A stretch of DNA of 64,000 nucleotides from an uncultured delta proteobacterium (GTDB taxonomy: Bacteria; Myxococcota; Myxococcia; Myxococcales; Anaeromyxobacteraceae), in the NCBI GenBank assembly GCA_963828255.1, contig CAWHDZ010000011.1:1-64000 (forward strand), read 5' to 3'. This document shows positions 28,746 through 40,074 of this stretch, piece by piece. The position numbers were made by a program, and so were the translations under genes. The notes beneath the pieces are model-generated. The model ran no database searches and was not told where the DNA came from. It saw nothing but the letters and a program-made list of their open reading frames with translations. The first letter of the stretch is position 1. The number at the start of each line of letters is the position of its first letter.

Positions 28746-29042
28746 GTGAAGAAGATCCTCAGCGCAGTCCTCGCCGTCGCCTTCATCGCCGTTGCCTCGA
28801 ACACCGTCGCCGCCCCGCCGCCCGCCGAGGTCGTCCTCAAGGGCGCGACGCAGCCGGCCGTCACGTTCGACCACAAGAAGCACCAGGGCCAGGGCTGCAA
28901 GAAGTGCCACGGGGAAGGCGCTCCCGCGAAGATCGACCTCACCAACAAGGACAAGGCCCACGCCCTCTGCATCGACTGCCACAAGGAGAAGGCCAAGGGC
29001 CCGGTGGATGCCAAGGCCTGCACTGCCTGCCACAAGAAGTAG
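28746..29042 (+). CDS. Periplasmic triheme cytochrome c7 (PpcA family)
   Basis: Signal peptide, VTFDHKKH, three CxxCH motifs (CKKCH, CIDCH, CTACH), lysine-rich. Confidence 0.92.
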   Translation: MKKILSAVLAVAFIAVASNTVAAPPPAEVVLKGATQPAVTFDHKKHQGQGCKKCHGEGAPAKIDLTNKDKAHALCIDCHKEKAKGPVDAKACTACHKK

Positions 29043-29068
29043 CCGAGATCTCCAGATCGCATCGACGG

Positions 29069-29098
29069 GGGGCCGGGAGACCGGCCCCTCGCCTTTTT
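29069..29098 (+). terminator. Intrinsic terminator after the cytochrome c7 gene
   Basis: GGGGCCGG-GAGA-CCGGCCCC stem followed closely by TTTTT. Confidence 0.75.
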
Positions 29099-29120
29099 CA
29101 CGGGTCGTGCGGGGTGGAGG

Positions 29121-31760
29121 CTACTCGAGCCTTCGCTTCATGTCGGCGAGCAGGTTGAGCGCGTCGAGGGGAGTGAGCCTGTCGAGGACCAGGTCGCGCA
29201 GCTCGGCCCGCATCCGCTCGAGACGGGGGTCGGGCGACGCGAAGAGTCCGAGCTGATCGACGGGCCCGCGCTCCCTCCGCCGTGCGCCCCGGGTCAGCGC
29301 CGCGTGCCCTGCCTCGTCCACCTCGAGCGACTCCAGATTTCGCAGGATCTCCCGGGCGCGGACCAGCACCTCGGCGGGGAGCCCGGCCAGCTTGGCGACC
29401 TCGATGCCGTAGCTGCGCGATGCGCCGCCGGACACCAGCTTGCGCAGGAACACCACCCGGTCTCCCACCTCGCGCACCGCCACGGTGAGGTTTCGCACCC
29501 GGGGGCGCTCGCGCGCCAGGTCCTGGAGCTCGTGGTAGTGGGTGGCGAAGAGCGTCCGGCAGCCGGTCCGGTCGTGGATCCGCTCGGCGACCGCCCAGGC
29601 GATCGAGAGACCGTCGAAGGTCGAGGTGCCCCTCCCGATCTCGTCGAGGATCACGAGCGAGCGCCGGGTGGCGTTGTGGAGGATGGAGGCGGTCTCGGTC
29701 ATCTCCACCATGAAGGTGGAACGTCCGCGGGCCAGGTCGTCGGAGGCTCCCACGCGCGTGAAGATCCGGTCCACCACGCCGACGCGCGCGCTCTCGGCGG
29801 GCACGAAGCCGCCGGCCTGGGCCATGAGCACGAGGAGCGCCGCCTGGCGCATGACCGTGCTCTTGCCCGCCATGTTGGGGCCGGTGATGACGAGCAGCTG
29901 TGCCCCCTCCGGGTCGGCGCTGGAGGAGGTGGAGACGTCGTTGGGGACGAAGCCGCCCGAGTCGGCCGGCAGCATCGCCTCGACCACCGGGTGGCGCCCC
30001 CCGACGATCTCGAGGGACTCGGAGAGGTCCAGGACCGGCCGCCGGTACCCGCGCTCGGCGGCGACCCGCGCGAGCGAGAGGACGGCGTCGGCGGTGGCGA
30101 GGGCCGACGCGGCCCCCCGCAGCTTCCCGGCCTCCGCGACCACCCTGCCCCGCAGATCCTCGAAGATCCGCTCCTCGAGGGCGACCCGCTTCTCCTCGGC
30201 CCCGAGCACCCGCTCCTCGAGGTCCTTCAGCTCGGGGGTGACGAAGCGCTCGCCTCCCACGGTGGTCTGGCGCCGGTGGTAGTCCTCCGGGACCAGGTGG
30301 AGGTTGGGCCTCGTCACCTCGATGTAGTATCCGAAGACCCGGTTGTAGCGGACCTTGAGCGACGCGATCCCGGTGCGCTGCCGCTCCCGGACCTCGAGGG
30401 ATGCGATGACCCCCTTGCCGTTCTCGGAGAGCTCGACCACCCGGTCGAGCTCCTCCGACCAGCCGCGCCGGATCATCCCGCCCTCGGCGGTGGTGGTGGG
30501 GGGCTCGTCGGCGACGGCCCGCTCGAGGGTGGCGGCGAGATCCTCGAGGCCGCGCAGGGAGCGTCCGGTCGCGCCCAGGAGCCCGGCGCCGGCGCCCTCG
30601 AGGAGATCGGCCAGCGGCGGCAGGGCCGAGAGCGATCCGGCCAGCCCTCTCAGGTCCCGGGCGTTGCCCTGGCGGAGCGCCAGGCGGGAGAGCAGCCGCT
30701 CCACGTCGGACACCGGCCGGAGCGCCTCGACCAGCCGCTCGCGCAGCACCGCCGCCGAGGCCAGCGCCTCGACCCCGTCGAGCCGCGCGTCGATGGCGGC
30801 CACGTCGGTGAGCGGGTAGCGCAGCCACTCCGCGAGCCTCCGGCCTCCGGCGCCGGTGACCGTGCGGTCGAGCAGCCCCAGGAGCGAGCCCTTGCGCTTG
30901 CCGCCCAGGAGGGTGCGCTCGACCTCCAGGTTGGCGCGCGTGCTCTCGTCGAGGAGCAGCACGTCATCGGTGGGGAGCAGCGCGATCCGGTCCACGTGGC
31001 GGGGCTCGGCCCGCTGGGTCTCGGACAGGTAGTGAAGAGCCCCGCTGGCGGCGGAGACGGCGCGGGGCAGGTGGCCCACGCCGAAGCCGTCGAGCCCGGC
31101 CACGCCCAGGTGCCGGGAGAGCTTCTCGGTGGCGCGCTGGAACGCGGAGTCGTCCACCGCGGCGACCGGGACCCCCACGGCGCGCGCGATCTCCAGGGCG
31201 CGCGGGAGGGTCGCCTCCGAGCGGGGCAGGAGCAGCTCCCTGACCCCCGCCTTGCGGAGCTCCTCGCCGAGCCGCACGTCGGTCTCCACCTCGCCGCAGC
31301 GCAGCTCGCCGGTGGTGGCGTCGAGGAGCGCCAGGCCTCCCCCGGCGCCCGCCGGGTCGAGCGAGACCGCCCCGAGGAAGCTCGACTCGCGCGGGTCGAG
31401 GGTCTGCTCGTCGAGGATCGTCCCCGGGGTGATGACCCGGGTCACCTCCCGCTTCACGATCCCACCCTTCCCCGGGGGCTCCACCTGGTCGCAGATGGCC
31501 ACCTTGAAACCCCGCTCGAGGAGCTTCGCGACGTATCCGCGGGCGGCGTGGTACGGCACCCCGCACATGGGGATCTTGCCGTCCCCCTTGGCGCGCGAGG
31601 TGAGGGTGATCTGGAGCGCCTCGGCGGCCTGGACGGCATCCTCGGCGAACATCTCGTAGAAGTCGCCCAGCCGGAAGAAGAGGATGGCGTCCGGATACCT
31701 CGACTTCACCTCGAGGTACTGGCGCATCATGGGGGTCGCCGGCTGTGCGATCTCGGCCAC
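29121..31760 (-). CDS. mutS: DNA mismatch repair protein MutS
   Basis: TPMMRQY, FFRLGDFYEMF, TGPNMAGKST, STFMVEM, DEIGRGTST, SYGIEVAKLAG. Confidence 0.98.
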   Translation of the reverse strand: MAEIAQPATPMMRQYLEVKSRYPDAILFFRLGDFYEMFAEDAVQAAEALQITLTSRAKGDGKIPMCGVPYHAARGYVAKLLERGFKVAICDQVEPPGKGGIVKREVTRVITPGTILDEQTLDPRESSFLGAVSLDPAGAGGGLALLDATTGELRCGEVETDVRLGEELRKAGVRELLLPRSEATLPRALEIARAVGVPVAAVDDSAFQRATEKLSRHLGVAGLDGFGVGHLPRAVSAASGALHYLSETQRAEPRHVDRIALLPTDDVLLLDESTRANLEVERTLLGGKRKGSLLGLLDRTVTGAGGRRLAEWLRYPLTDVAAIDARLDGVEALASAAVLRERLVEALRPVSDVERLLSRLALRQGNARDLRGLAGSLSALPPLADLLEGAGAGLLGATGRSLRGLEDLAATLERAVADEPPTTTAEGGMIRRGWSEELDRVVELSENGKGVIASLEVRERQRTGIASLKVRYNRVFGYYIEVTRPNLHLVPEDYHRRQTTVGGERFVTPELKDLEERVLGAEEKRVALEERIFEDLRGRVVAEAGKLRGAASALATADAVLSLARVAAERGYRRPVLDLSESLEIVGGRHPVVEAMLPADSGGFVPNDVSTSSSADPEGAQLLVITGPNMAGKSTVMRQAALLVLMAQAGGFVPAESARVGVVDRIFTRVGASDDLARGRSTFMVEMTETASILHNATRRSLVILDEIGRGTSTFDGLSIAWAVAERIHDRTGCRTLFATHYHELQDLARERPRVRNLTVAVREVGDRVVFLRKLVSGGASRSYGIEVAKLAGLPAEVLVRAREILRNLESLEVDEAGHAALTRGARRRERGPVDQLGLFASPDPRLERMRAELRDLVLDRLTPLDALNLLADMKRRLE

Positions 31761-31832
31761 GGGGAGCTTCTAGCACGCCGGTCCGCCGCCGTGGCGGTTG
31801 CGGGGTCGGGGGATGCGCTCTAGCATCGCCGG

Positions 31833-33545
31833 GTGCTTCGCGAGGCCATCCACGACCTGAACCGCCTCCGCGAGGTCTCCTCGGTCATCGCGCGCCACGG
31901 CTTCGGGGCCTACCTCGAGCGGGTGCGGCTCGGTTCCGCGGCCCCCCGTCCCGCGCCTGCGCCGGGCTCGAAGCCCTCCCCTCCTCCGTCCGACGGCCGC
32001 AACGCGGCCCGCTTCCGGCAGATGCTCGTGGACCTGGGGCCCACCTACGTGAAGCTGGGTCAGCTGCTCTCCAGCCGCCCCGACATCCTCCCGCCCCCAT
32101 GGATCGTGGAGCTCTCCGTCCTTCAGGACGCCTGCGAGCCCGTGCCCGTCGCCGCCATCCGGCGACAGATCGAGCTCGGCCTCGGCCGCCCGGCGGACGA
32201 GATCTTCGCCTGGATGGACCCGGTCCCGGCGGCCAGCGCATCCATCGCCCAGGTCCACCGCGCGCGCACCCACGACGGCGTGGAGGTCGCGGTCAAGGTG
32301 CAGCGCCCCGGCGTCCGCGAGCAGTTCGAGGCCGACCTGGGCCTCCTGCAGTACGTGGCCCGGCTCCTCGAGGCCCTGGTGGAGGAGACGGGCATCTACA
32401 CCCCGACGGACATCCTCCACGAGTTCGACCGGGCCATCCACGAGGAGCTCGACTTCGCCAACGAGGCCCGCAACGCCCGGGACATGGCCGAGGCCTCCCG
32501 TGGGCTGCCCTTCGTCGTCATCCCCGGGGTGCACGCCTCCCTCTCCTGCGCGACCGTCCTCACCCTCGACTTCGTCGAGGGGCTCAAGGTGACCGACATC
32601 GAGGGGCGCGAGGGGTACGACCCGAAGAAGGTGGCGAGGAACATCATCGAGGCCACCTTCCGCCAGCTCTTCGGCGGCGGGATCTTCCATGGCGACCCGC
32701 ACCCCGGGAACATCCTGGTCCTCCCGGAGAACCGGATCGCCTTCCTCGACTTCGGCCTGGTCGGACGCATCGCCCGCCCCATGCAGGAATCGCTGGTCAC
32801 GCTCCTCGTGGCCGTGGCGCTCCGCGACCCCGAGACGGTGGCGCGGATCCTCTACCGCATCGGCGTCCCCGAGGCCCACACCTCCATCAGCACCCTGCGG
32901 GACGACATCTCCGCCATCCTCGATCGGTACCTGGGGCTCAAGCTCGACCAGATCCGTTCCTCCACGCTCCTCACCGACATGCTCGATCTGGCGGTGCGCC
33001 ACAAGATCAAGGTTCCCCGGGAGTACGCGCTTCTCGGCAAGGCCTCGGTGACCGTGGAGGGGCTCATCCGCGGGCTCTATCCGGAGCTGGACGTGATGGA
33101 GGTTGGGCTGCCCTACGCGAAGGAGATGCTCTTCTCGCGGTTCCAGTCGGGCGACGCGTCCGGCGCGCTGCTCAAGTCGATGCTGAAGCTCCAGGGGCTG
33201 GCCGAGGACGTCCCCGCCCAGCTCACCCAGATCCTCTCCGACCTGGAGGGCGGCAAGTTCCGCGTTCACGTCCGCTCGGAGTCGATCGACCGGGTCGCCG
33301 ACAACGTGCGCTCGCTGGGGCTCACCGTGTTCCTGGGGCTGCTCGCCAGCGCGCTGGCACTGGGCGGCCTCTTCGTGGTGGCCCGGCAGCTGGCCGGCTC
33401 GCAGGCCATCCTCCTGCTGGGGTTCTCGGCCCTGCTGCTGGCCGGGTTCCTCTTCGGCGCGTCGCTCACCGTCTACTGGCTGGGCGGCCGGATCCCCAAG
33501 CTCTCGCTGCGCAAGCTCATCCACCGGGTCTCGCGCCCGGACTGA
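31833..33545 (+). CDS. ABC1/UbiB (AarF) family atypical kinase
   Basis: [40 protein letters not shown], two C-terminal TM helices. Confidence 0.93.
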   Translation: MLREAIHDLNRLREVSSVIARHGFGAYLERVRLGSAAPRPAPAPGSKPSPPPSDGRNAARFRQMLVDLGPTYVKLGQLLSSRPDILPPPWIVELSVLQDACEPVPVAAIRRQIELGLGRPADEIFAWMDPVPAASASIAQVHRARTHDGVEVAVKVQRPGVREQFEADLGLLQYVARLLEALVEETGIYTPTDILHEFDRAIHEELDFANEARNARDMAEASRGLPFVVIPGVHASLSCATVLTLDFVEGLKVTDIEGREGYDPKKVARNIIEATFRQLFGGGIFHGDPHPGNILVLPENRIAFLDFGLVGRIARPMQESLVTLLVAVALRDPETVARILYRIGVPEAHTSISTLRDDISAILDRYLGLKLDQIRSSTLLTDMLDLAVRHKIKVPREYALLGKASVTVEGLIRGLYPELDVMEVGLPYAKEMLFSRFQSGDASGALLKSMLKLQGLAEDVPAQLTQILSDLEGGKFRVHVRSESIDRVADNVRSLGLTVFLGLLASALALGGLFVVARQLAGSQAILLLGFSALLLAGFLFGASLTVYWLGGRIPKLSLRKLIHRVSRPD

Positions 33546-34441
33546 GGGGAGAGCGCGAGGACCCCCAGCGCCGAGAGGCGCCAGAGCTCCGCCCCGGCGG
33601 ACACCAGCGCGGCCAGGGCGGCGAGCAGCATCTCCGGGAAGAGGAGGAGCATCCTCGGGCCACCACGGGCGATGCTCCCGAAGGCGCCGAGGACCCCCTG
33701 GGCGGAGCCGGCGGCCAGGCCCGCCGCCAGCCACACCGCCAGGACCACGGCGACGCAGGCCGCCGGACGCGACAGGAAGGCCAGCGCACCCCGGCGCAGC
33801 GCCTGACCCGCCGGCTCGCCGGCCAGGGCGGCGCGCGCCACCGCCACGTCGCCCAGAGCCGACAGGGAGGCCGCCAGGAAGGCTGCGCCGGCCAGCGAGA
33901 GCGCGGCCACGAAGGCCGCCGCGCCGGGAGCCCCCCTCCCCTGGATTCGCGCGCCCACCGCAATGACTCCTAGTGAAACGAGACCGACCATCGCCTTGCC
34001 CGCGAGGTCGAGGAGGAGCGCCACCACCGCCACCGGGAGGACCCGGTGGAAGCGCCAGGCGGCACCCTGCGCGAACCCCGGCGGCTCGCCGCGGGCCCCG
34101 GACAGGCGCCAGGCCACGAGCGGAGCCGCGCCCGCCACCCAGGCCACCCGGACGGCGCCCCAGAGGAGGACCCCTGCGAGCCAGAGCCCCAGGGCGATGG
34201 AGAGGAACCGGGGAGACGCCCAGGCCTGGAGAACCGCGCCCAGGGCCGCTGCCGGCCCCCCGCCCCGGTGGAGGGCTTCCCGGGCGGCCATAGAGGAGAC
34301 GGCCCCGACGAAGGCGACGGCGGGGAGAGCCAGGGCGCCCCTGACCACGGTCACCCCCATCCCCAGGACTGCCACCCAGGACTCCCCGGCGACTGCCCGG
34401 AACCCTGCGCCGAGCGCGCTTGCCACCGTTGGTGCCTGCAC
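33473..34441 (-). CDS. Hypothetical integral membrane protein
   Basis: About six hydrophobic segments from GTG 34441 ([14 protein letters not shown]). Divergent from lexA. Confidence 0.7.
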   Translation of the reverse strand: MQAPTVASALGAGFRAVAGESWVAVLGMGVTVVRGALALPAVAFVGAVSSMAAREALHRGGGPAAALGAVLQAWASPRFLSIALGLWLAGVLLWGAVRVAWVAGAAPLVAWRLSGARGEPPGFAQGAAWRFHRVLPVAVVALLLDLAGKAMVGLVSLGVIAVGARIQGRGAPGAAAFVAALSLAGAAFLAASLSALGDVAVARAALAGEPAGQALRRGALAFLSRPAACVAVVLAVWLAAGLAAGSAQGVLGAFGSIARGGPRMLLLFPEMLLAALAALVSAGAELWRLSALGVLALSPQSGRETRWMSLRSESLGIRPPSQ

Positions 34442-34517
34442 GCGAAGGACCGTACGCGCCCTCCCATCCCGCGGCAAGGCCGGGAGGGAACGGAAGTTGC
34501 GTCTGAACGTCCGACGG

Positions 34518-34534
34518 GTATACTTGCGTTCAGG
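34518..34534 (+). promoter_or_regulatory. LexA (SOS) box, Myxococcus type
   Basis: GTATACTTGCGTTCAGG matches 15/17 positions of the M. xanthus consensus CTRHAMRYBYGTTCAGS and abuts the lexA RBS. An inverted half-site CTGAAC lies at 34503-34508. Confidence 0.8.
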
Positions 34535-34546
34535 AGGGTGGACGCC

Positions 34547-35236
34547 ATGGAAGGCCTGACCGATCGACAGCTCGAGGTGCTGCGCTTCATCGCCCGCCAG
34601 ATCGAGGAGCAGGGCTACCCGCCCACCATCCGGGAGATCGGCGAGGCGCTGGAGATCCGCTCCACCAACGGCGTGAACGACCACCTGAAGGCGCTCGAGC
34701 GCAAGGGCTTCCTCACGCGCGACCCGGTGAAGTCCCGGGCGCTCATCCCCACCCCCAGGGCCCGCGAGGCGCTGTCCGGGCGCGGCTCCGGGGCCCAGGT
34801 CATCTCCCTGGCCGCCCGCTCGGCAGCGAAGCAGGCCTCCCGCCTGGTTGACGTCCCCATCGTCGGCCGCGTCGCCGCCGGCCAGCCCATCCTGGCCGAG
34901 GAGCGCATCGAGGACACCGTCCAGGTCGACTCCTTCTTCCTGGGCGCGGGGCGCAAGGTCTACGGCCTCCGGGTCCAGGGCGACTCGATGATCGGCGACG
35001 GCATCCTTCCCGGCGACTACATCTTCGTCCGCAAGCAGCTGAACGCCGACGACGGCGACATCGTGGTGGCCATGATCGACGACGAGGCCACCGTGAAGCG
35101 GGTCTACTTCGAGGGCGACCGCATCCGGTTCCAGCCCTCCAACCCGCGCATGGCCCCCATCTACGTCCGCGAATCCGACTTCCGCAGCACCATGATCCTC
35201 GGCGTCGTCGTCGGTATCTACCGCCGCCTGCAGTAG
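34547..35236 (+). CDS. lexA: SOS transcriptional repressor LexA
   Basis: [26 protein letters not shown] cleavage site, GDSM, ATVKR. Confidence 0.97.
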   Translation: MEGLTDRQLEVLRFIARQIEEQGYPPTIREIGEALEIRSTNGVNDHLKALERKGFLTRDPVKSRALIPTPRAREALSGRGSGAQVISLAARSAAKQASRLVDVPIVGRVAAGQPILAEERIEDTVQVDSFFLGAGRKVYGLRVQGDSMIGDGILPGDYIFVRKQLNADDGDIVVAMIDDEATVKRVYFEGDRIRFQPSNPRMAPIYVRESDFRSTMILGVVVGIYRRLQ

Positions 35237-35267
35237 CGCTTTCCGCGGGCTCGCCACCCGCGCGTCA

Positions 35268-36524
35268 TCACCCGCGCGTCTTCGCCTGCCTCACGTACCG
35301 GTCGAGGTCCTCGCGGTCGATGAGCGAGAGGATCTCCACGGTGTTCTGCCGCTCTGCGCGCCGGTAGATGAGCCGGACGTCGGTGGCCACCCGCACACGG
35401 TAATAGCCCGGCAGCCCTTCCAGCGGGATGGCCCGCAGGCTGGGGTGGCGGTGGTCCTGGGCGAGCAGGTGGGCCTGCTTGAAGGCGGCCCGCAGGATCC
35501 TCCGGTCCCAGCCCTCGATGGAGTCGTAGAACTCCCGCGTGTAGACCGGCATGAGCCAGGTCTCGGGGTCGCTCCCCTCCGCCTCCTCCGGTGCGGCTGG
35601 CCCGGGCTCCGGCGCCGGCCGCGGGGCACGCTCGGCCCTGGCCCGCGTGAGCTCGGTCTCGAGTTCCTGCTCCCGCTCCCTGGACCGCGTGAGGCGCGCC
35701 TCCAGCGCGCCGAGCTTGCCCCCCAGGTCGCGGAGCTCGGCGCGCGCACGGTGGGCGTCCTGCGCCGCGTCCGACGCGCGCAGCGCATCCGCCTCGCCGC
35801 GCGCGCGGGTCGCCTCCTGCCGTGCGGCGGCCTCGGCATCCTGGGCCCGCGCCAACTCCTCGACCGCCCGGGACTCCCGCGCACGGGCCTCGCGCAGCGC
35901 GCCCTGGAGCTTCTCCCGCTGCTCCTCGCCCCTGAGGCGGACCTCCTCGGCGCGGGCCTCGCCCGCCCTCTCGGCCTCCTGCAGCCGCGCCTCCATCCGG
36001 GCGAGCTCGCCGACCAGTGCGACGACCTGCGCGGCCGGATCGTCCGCGTCCTCGCCGTCACGGGCCGGAGGGCGGGCGCCTTCCTTGCCGGAACCGAAGT
36101 AGTGGACCGCCAGCTCGTCGAGGAACGGGAGGGCGGTGGCTCGGATCTCGGCCCTGCGGTCGGAGAGCACCCTCCAGAGCGAAAGGGCGAGCGCGGCGTC
36201 CCCGCCCCCCACGTCGAGCAGGTCGTCGGCGTCCTCGATCCCCAGCACGGTTCGCGGGAACGGGGGGCGCTCGAAGGCCTTCGTGAGTGCGTCCAGCACC
36301 GACCGGGCGGAGGTCGGGTTGGCGCGGATCTCGTCGGCGATGACGTCGCACCGCTCCACGTCGCCGAGGGAGCCGGTGCGGAAGCCGGGGATGGAGAGCT
36401 TCCGCTCCTTGACGATGGCGCGGGTCTCCTCCGGCGTGAGCGCCACGAAGAGGAAGACCGAGAGCTGGTCGCGGGACAGCCCCTCGAGCGGCGCGTCCAG
36501 GATCTGGAGCTTGCCCTTCGCCAT
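35268..36524 (-). CDS. Coiled-coil protein with C-terminal RelE/ParE-like domain
   Basis: Long E/R/A heptad region, then PVYTREFYDS..HPSLR..PLEG..GYYRVRVATDVRLIY, a RelE-fold pattern. Confidence 0.75.
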   Translation of the reverse strand: MAKGKLQILDAPLEGLSRDQLSVFLFVALTPEETRAIVKERKLSIPGFRTGSLGDVERCDVIADEIRANPTSARSVLDALTKAFERPPFPRTVLGIEDADDLLDVGGGDAALALSLWRVLSDRRAEIRATALPFLDELAVHYFGSGKEGARPPARDGEDADDPAAQVVALVGELARMEARLQEAERAGEARAEEVRLRGEEQREKLQGALREARARESRAVEELARAQDAEAAARQEATRARGEADALRASDAAQDAHRARAELRDLGGKLGALEARLTRSREREQELETELTRARAERAPRPAPEPGPAAPEEAEGSDPETWLMPVYTREFYDSIEGWDRRILRAAFKQAHLLAQDHRHPSLRAIPLEGLPGYYRVRVATDVRLIYRRAERQNTVEILSLIDREDLDRYVRQAKTRG

Positions 36525-36536
36525 GCCCGGCCGCCT

Positions 36537-37373
36537 CTAGCCCCGCGAGGCGACGACGGGCTGGACCGACCGGATGCCGCCGCGGTCCACCTCGTAGACG
36601 AAACCGCGTGCGCGGCGGACCGGCTCCTCGGCGACGCGCGACGCCGACCCGGCGCAGAGGATCGGGGTGGGCCCGGCGGCGCCCGGGATGTCGACGCGGA
36701 AGGCGCAGTGGCGGTGTCCGTGCAGCACGCCGGCGATCCGGACGTCGGCCACCATGCGAATGATCTTGTCGGCGTCCTGGAGCGGCGTCCGGGCCACCAG
36801 CGCGTCGGACGGGATCCGCTCGCGGGGGAGGACCAGGTGGTGGTGGAGCGCGAGGAGCACCGCCCGCCCCTCCTTCACGTGCTCCCGGACCAGCTCGCGG
36901 CAGGCCTGGAGCTGCGCCGAGCCCAGGAGCCCGGCCGTGTCGTGCGGGCTCTCCCCGAACTGGGCGCTGTCGAGGGCGATGATGGCGACCTCGGGAGCGG
37001 GAAGGACCGCGAACGGGTACGAGGGCTCGGGGCGCCGCATGCCCCGGCCATCGGGCCCGATCATCCGGAGGAACCGGGCCGTCTTCACCGATTCGGCCGT
37101 CCAGAGGTCGTGGTTGCCGGGGACGACGGTGAGCTTGCCGGCGTCGGCCCACCTGCGCAGGAGCTTCCCTGCCCGCTCGAACTCGCTCGCCTCGGAGGAG
37201 AGCGTGAGGTCGCCGGTCACCACCAGGTGGTCCACTCCCGCCGCCTCGAGGTCGTCGAGGACGCGCTGGGCGAGCCGGGCCGAGTGCCGGTCGCAGTCCC
37301 TGGGAAGGTAGCCGTTGCGCGGATATCGTCCGCGGTCGGAGAGATGCAGGTCGGAGACGTGGCCGAGGCGCAA
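36537..37373 (-). CDS. Calcineurin-like metallophosphoesterase (CpdA/Icc-like)
   Basis: HVSDLH, VTGDLT, VPGNHD, LHHH, LHGHRH motifs. Confidence 0.92.
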   Translation of the reverse strand: MRLGHVSDLHLSDRGRYPRNGYLPRDCDRHSARLAQRVLDDLEAAGVDHLVVTGDLTLSSEASEFERAGKLLRRWADAGKLTVVPGNHDLWTAESVKTARFLRMIGPDGRGMRRPEPSYPFAVLPAPEVAIIALDSAQFGESPHDTAGLLGSAQLQACRELVREHVKEGRAVLLALHHHLVLPRERIPSDALVARTPLQDADKIIRMVADVRIAGVLHGHRHCAFRVDIPGAAGPTPILCAGSASRVAEEPVRRARGFVYEVDRGGIRSVQPVVASRG

Positions 37374-37501
37374 GCTGGCGGGATGCTATCGGCAGGGGGC
37401 GGAAGCGTCAAACGGCACCGCGGCGGCTTGACCCCCCCCTTTCCTGTCTTAGATCGACCATCATGGTCCCGTCGGATACCCTGGGTGCGAAGGAGTACGC
37501 C

Positions 37502-39970
37502 ATGTCGGAAAAGAAGAAGGAGGGTGCTGGCGCCCAGGTCGCCCCCGCGATGGGGCCACCGGCCCTCATCAACAAGGAGGACATCCCGCAGGTCCTCCCC
37601 ATCCTGCCCCTGCGCAACTCGGTCTTCTTCCCTGGAGGCGTGCTTCCACTCGCCGTGGGGCGGCAGAAGACCATCGCGCTCATCAAGGACGCCGTCCGCG
37701 ACGAGCAGGTCATCGGGGTCGTCACCCAGCGCCGCGCCGAGGAGGAAGACCCGGGCGCCGCCGACCTCTACACCGTCGGTACCGTGGCCCGCATCGTGAA
37801 GCTCCTCAAGATGGGGGAGGACAACTACTCCCTCGTGGTCCAGGGGCTCGCCCGGGTCCGGATCCTCGACCTGGTCCAGGAGACGCCCTACCTCAAGGCG
37901 CGCGTCGAGCCGGTGGAGGACAAGACCTCTGTGGACGAGGTCGAGGTCGAGGCCCTGGCCATCAACTTGAAGAAGCTGGCCCGCGAGGTGATCGAGCTCA
38001 TGCCGGAGCTGCCCACGGCGGCCACCGAGCTGGTGGACTCGATCACCCACCCCGGCCACCTCGCCGACCTCATCGCCGCCAACGTGGACGTCCCCATCGA
38101 GGAGAAGCAGCAGGTCCTCGAGACGGTGGACCTCAAGGCGCGCATGAAGCTCGTGCTCGAGCTGCTCAACCGCAAGCGGGAGATCCTCAAGCTCTCCAAC
38201 AAGATCGACAGCGCCGTGAAGGGCGAGATGTCGAAGACCCAGCGCGAGTACTACCTGCGCCAGCAGCTCAAGGCCATCAAGGAGGAGCTTGGCGAGCTGG
38301 GCGAGGAGGAGGAGGAGCTCGACGAGCTGGGCGAGCGGCTCAAGAAGGCCGGCCTCCCCCCCGATGTCGAGAAGGTCGCCAACAAGGAGCTCAACCGGTT
38401 GAAGGCCATCCCAACGGCCAGCTCCGAGCACGCCGTGGCCCGCACCTACCTCGACTGGATCGCCGACCTTCCCTGGTCCAAGCGCACCGAGGACAACCTC
38501 GACATCGAGAACGCGCGCCAGATCCTCGACGCCGATCACTACGGCCTCGACAAGATCAAGAAGCGCATCCTCGAGTACCTGGCGGTGCGCAAGCTGAAGA
38601 ACGACATGCGCGGCCCCATCCTCTGCTTCGTCGGGCCTCCCGGCGTGGGCAAGACCTCGCTCGGCCAGTCCATCGCCCGGGCCACCGGCCGCAAGTTCGT
38701 CCGCCTGAGCCTGGGCGGCGTGCGCGACGAGGCGGAGATCCGCGGCCACCGCCGCACCTATGTCGGCGCGCTGCCCGGCCGGATCATCCAGTCCATGAAG
38801 AAGGCGGGGGCGAACAACCCCACCATGATGCTCGACGAGATCGACAAGCTCGGCGCCGACTTCCGCGGCGACCCCAGCGCGGCGCTCCTCGAGGTGCTCG
38901 ATCCGGAGCAGAACTTCAGCTTCTCCGACCACTACCTCGACGTGGCCTTCGACCTCTCCAAGGTGATGTTCATCGCCACGGCGAACCTGCTCGACCCCAT
39001 CCCGTCGCCGCTCCGCGACCGAATGGAGATCCTCGAGCTGCCCGGCTACACCTTCGAGGAGAAGGTGCACATCGCCCAGCAGCACCTCGTGCCCAAGCAG
39101 CTGAAGGAGCACGGCCTCTCACCCGACGCGATCGAGTTCTCCGAGAAGGCGCTCATCAAGATCATCATGGCCTACACCCGGGAGGCCGGAGTCCGGAACC
39201 TCGAGCGGCGCATCGCCGACGTGGCGCGCGCCATCGCGGTCGAGGTGGCGGGGGGGAAGGTCCCTCCCGGCGCCCGGCGCTCCATCGAGGAGCTGGACCT
39301 CGCCGACATGCTCGGGCCGGAGAAGTTCTACAACGAGACGGCCGAGCGGACCGAGGTGGCCGGCGTGGCCACCGGTCTCGCCTGGACCGCGGCGGGCGGT
39401 GACCTGCTCTTCATCGAGGCCACCCGCATGCCGGGCAAGGGGTCGCTCACCCTCACCGGCCAGCTCGGCGACGTCATGAAGGAGTCGGCCCAGGCGGCGC
39501 TCTCCTACCTCCGCTCCAAGGCCGATCACCTGGGCATTCCCAGCAACTTCCTCGAGAAGACCGACATCCACATCCACTTCCCGGCCGGCGCCATCCCCAA
39601 GGACGGCCCCAGCGCCGGCGTGACCATCCTCACGGCGCTGGTGTCGCTGCTCACCGGGATCCGCGTCCGATCCGACGTGGCCATGACGGGCGAGGCCACG
39701 CTCCGCGGCCTCGTCCTCCCGGTCGGCGGCATCAAGGAGAAGGTCCTGGCCGCACACCGGGCGGGGATCAAGCGGGTCATCATGCCGGCCCGGAACGAGA
39801 AGGACCTGGTGGACGTCCCGGAGCAGGCCCGCAAGGAGCTCGAGTTCGTCTTCGCCACCCACATGGACGACGTCCTCGGCGCGGCCCTCGAGGAAAATCC
39901 GGTGGGCCGGAAGGTGCCGACGCCCCCTCCCCCGGAGGGTGGCGCCAAGCCCCCGGAAGTCCGCGCCTGA
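37502..39970 (+). CDS. lon: ATP-dependent Lon protease (LonD/BsgA type)
   Basis: [25 protein letters not shown]-terminus as in myxobacterial Lon[24 protein letters not shown]. Confidence 0.97.
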   Translation: MSEKKKEGAGAQVAPAMGPPALINKEDIPQVLPILPLRNSVFFPGGVLPLAVGRQKTIALIKDAVRDEQVIGVVTQRRAEEEDPGAADLYTVGTVARIVKLLKMGEDNYSLVVQGLARVRILDLVQETPYLKARVEPVEDKTSVDEVEVEALAINLKKLAREVIELMPELPTAATELVDSITHPGHLADLIAANVDVPIEEKQQVLETVDLKARMKLVLELLNRKREILKLSNKIDSAVKGEMSKTQREYYLRQQLKAIKEELGELGEEEEELDELGERLKKAGLPPDVEKVANKELNRLKAIPTASSEHAVARTYLDWIADLPWSKRTEDNLDIENARQILDADHYGLDKIKKRILEYLAVRKLKNDMRGPILCFVGPPGVGKTSLGQSIARATGRKFVRLSLGGVRDEAEIRGHRRTYVGALPGRIIQSMKKAGANNPTMMLDEIDKLGADFRGDPSAALLEVLDPEQNFSFSDHYLDVAFDLSKVMFIATANLLDPIPSPLRDRMEILELPGYTFEEKVHIAQQHLVPKQLKEHGLSPDAIEFSEKALIKIIMAYTREAGVRNLERRIADVARAIAVEVAGGKVPPGARRSIEELDLADMLGPEKFYNETAERTEVAGVATGLAWTAAGGDLLFIEATRMPGKGSLTLTGQLGDVMKESAQAALSYLRSKADHLGIPSNFLEKTDIHIHFPAGAIPKDGPSAGVTILTALVSLLTGIRVRSDVAMTGEATLRGLVLPVGGIKEKVLAAHRAGIKRVIMPARNEKDLVDVPEQARKELEFVFATHMDDVLGAALEENPVGRKVPTPPPPEGGAKPPEVRA

Positions 39971-40074
39971 CCGGCGGGGGAAAGGACCGCCGCCCGGTGG
40001 CTCCTCCCCCGACATCCGTGTCATAGTGATCGGCGATCGATCGGACCGCCGTGTCGCGGTCCGGAGGGGGTGGA

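Noticed and set aside
35255..35280. Direct repeat CACCCGCGCGTC at the lexA / RelE-like gene junction
   Set aside because: A single short GC-rich duplication with no element between the copies; likely chance or a minor slippage scar.
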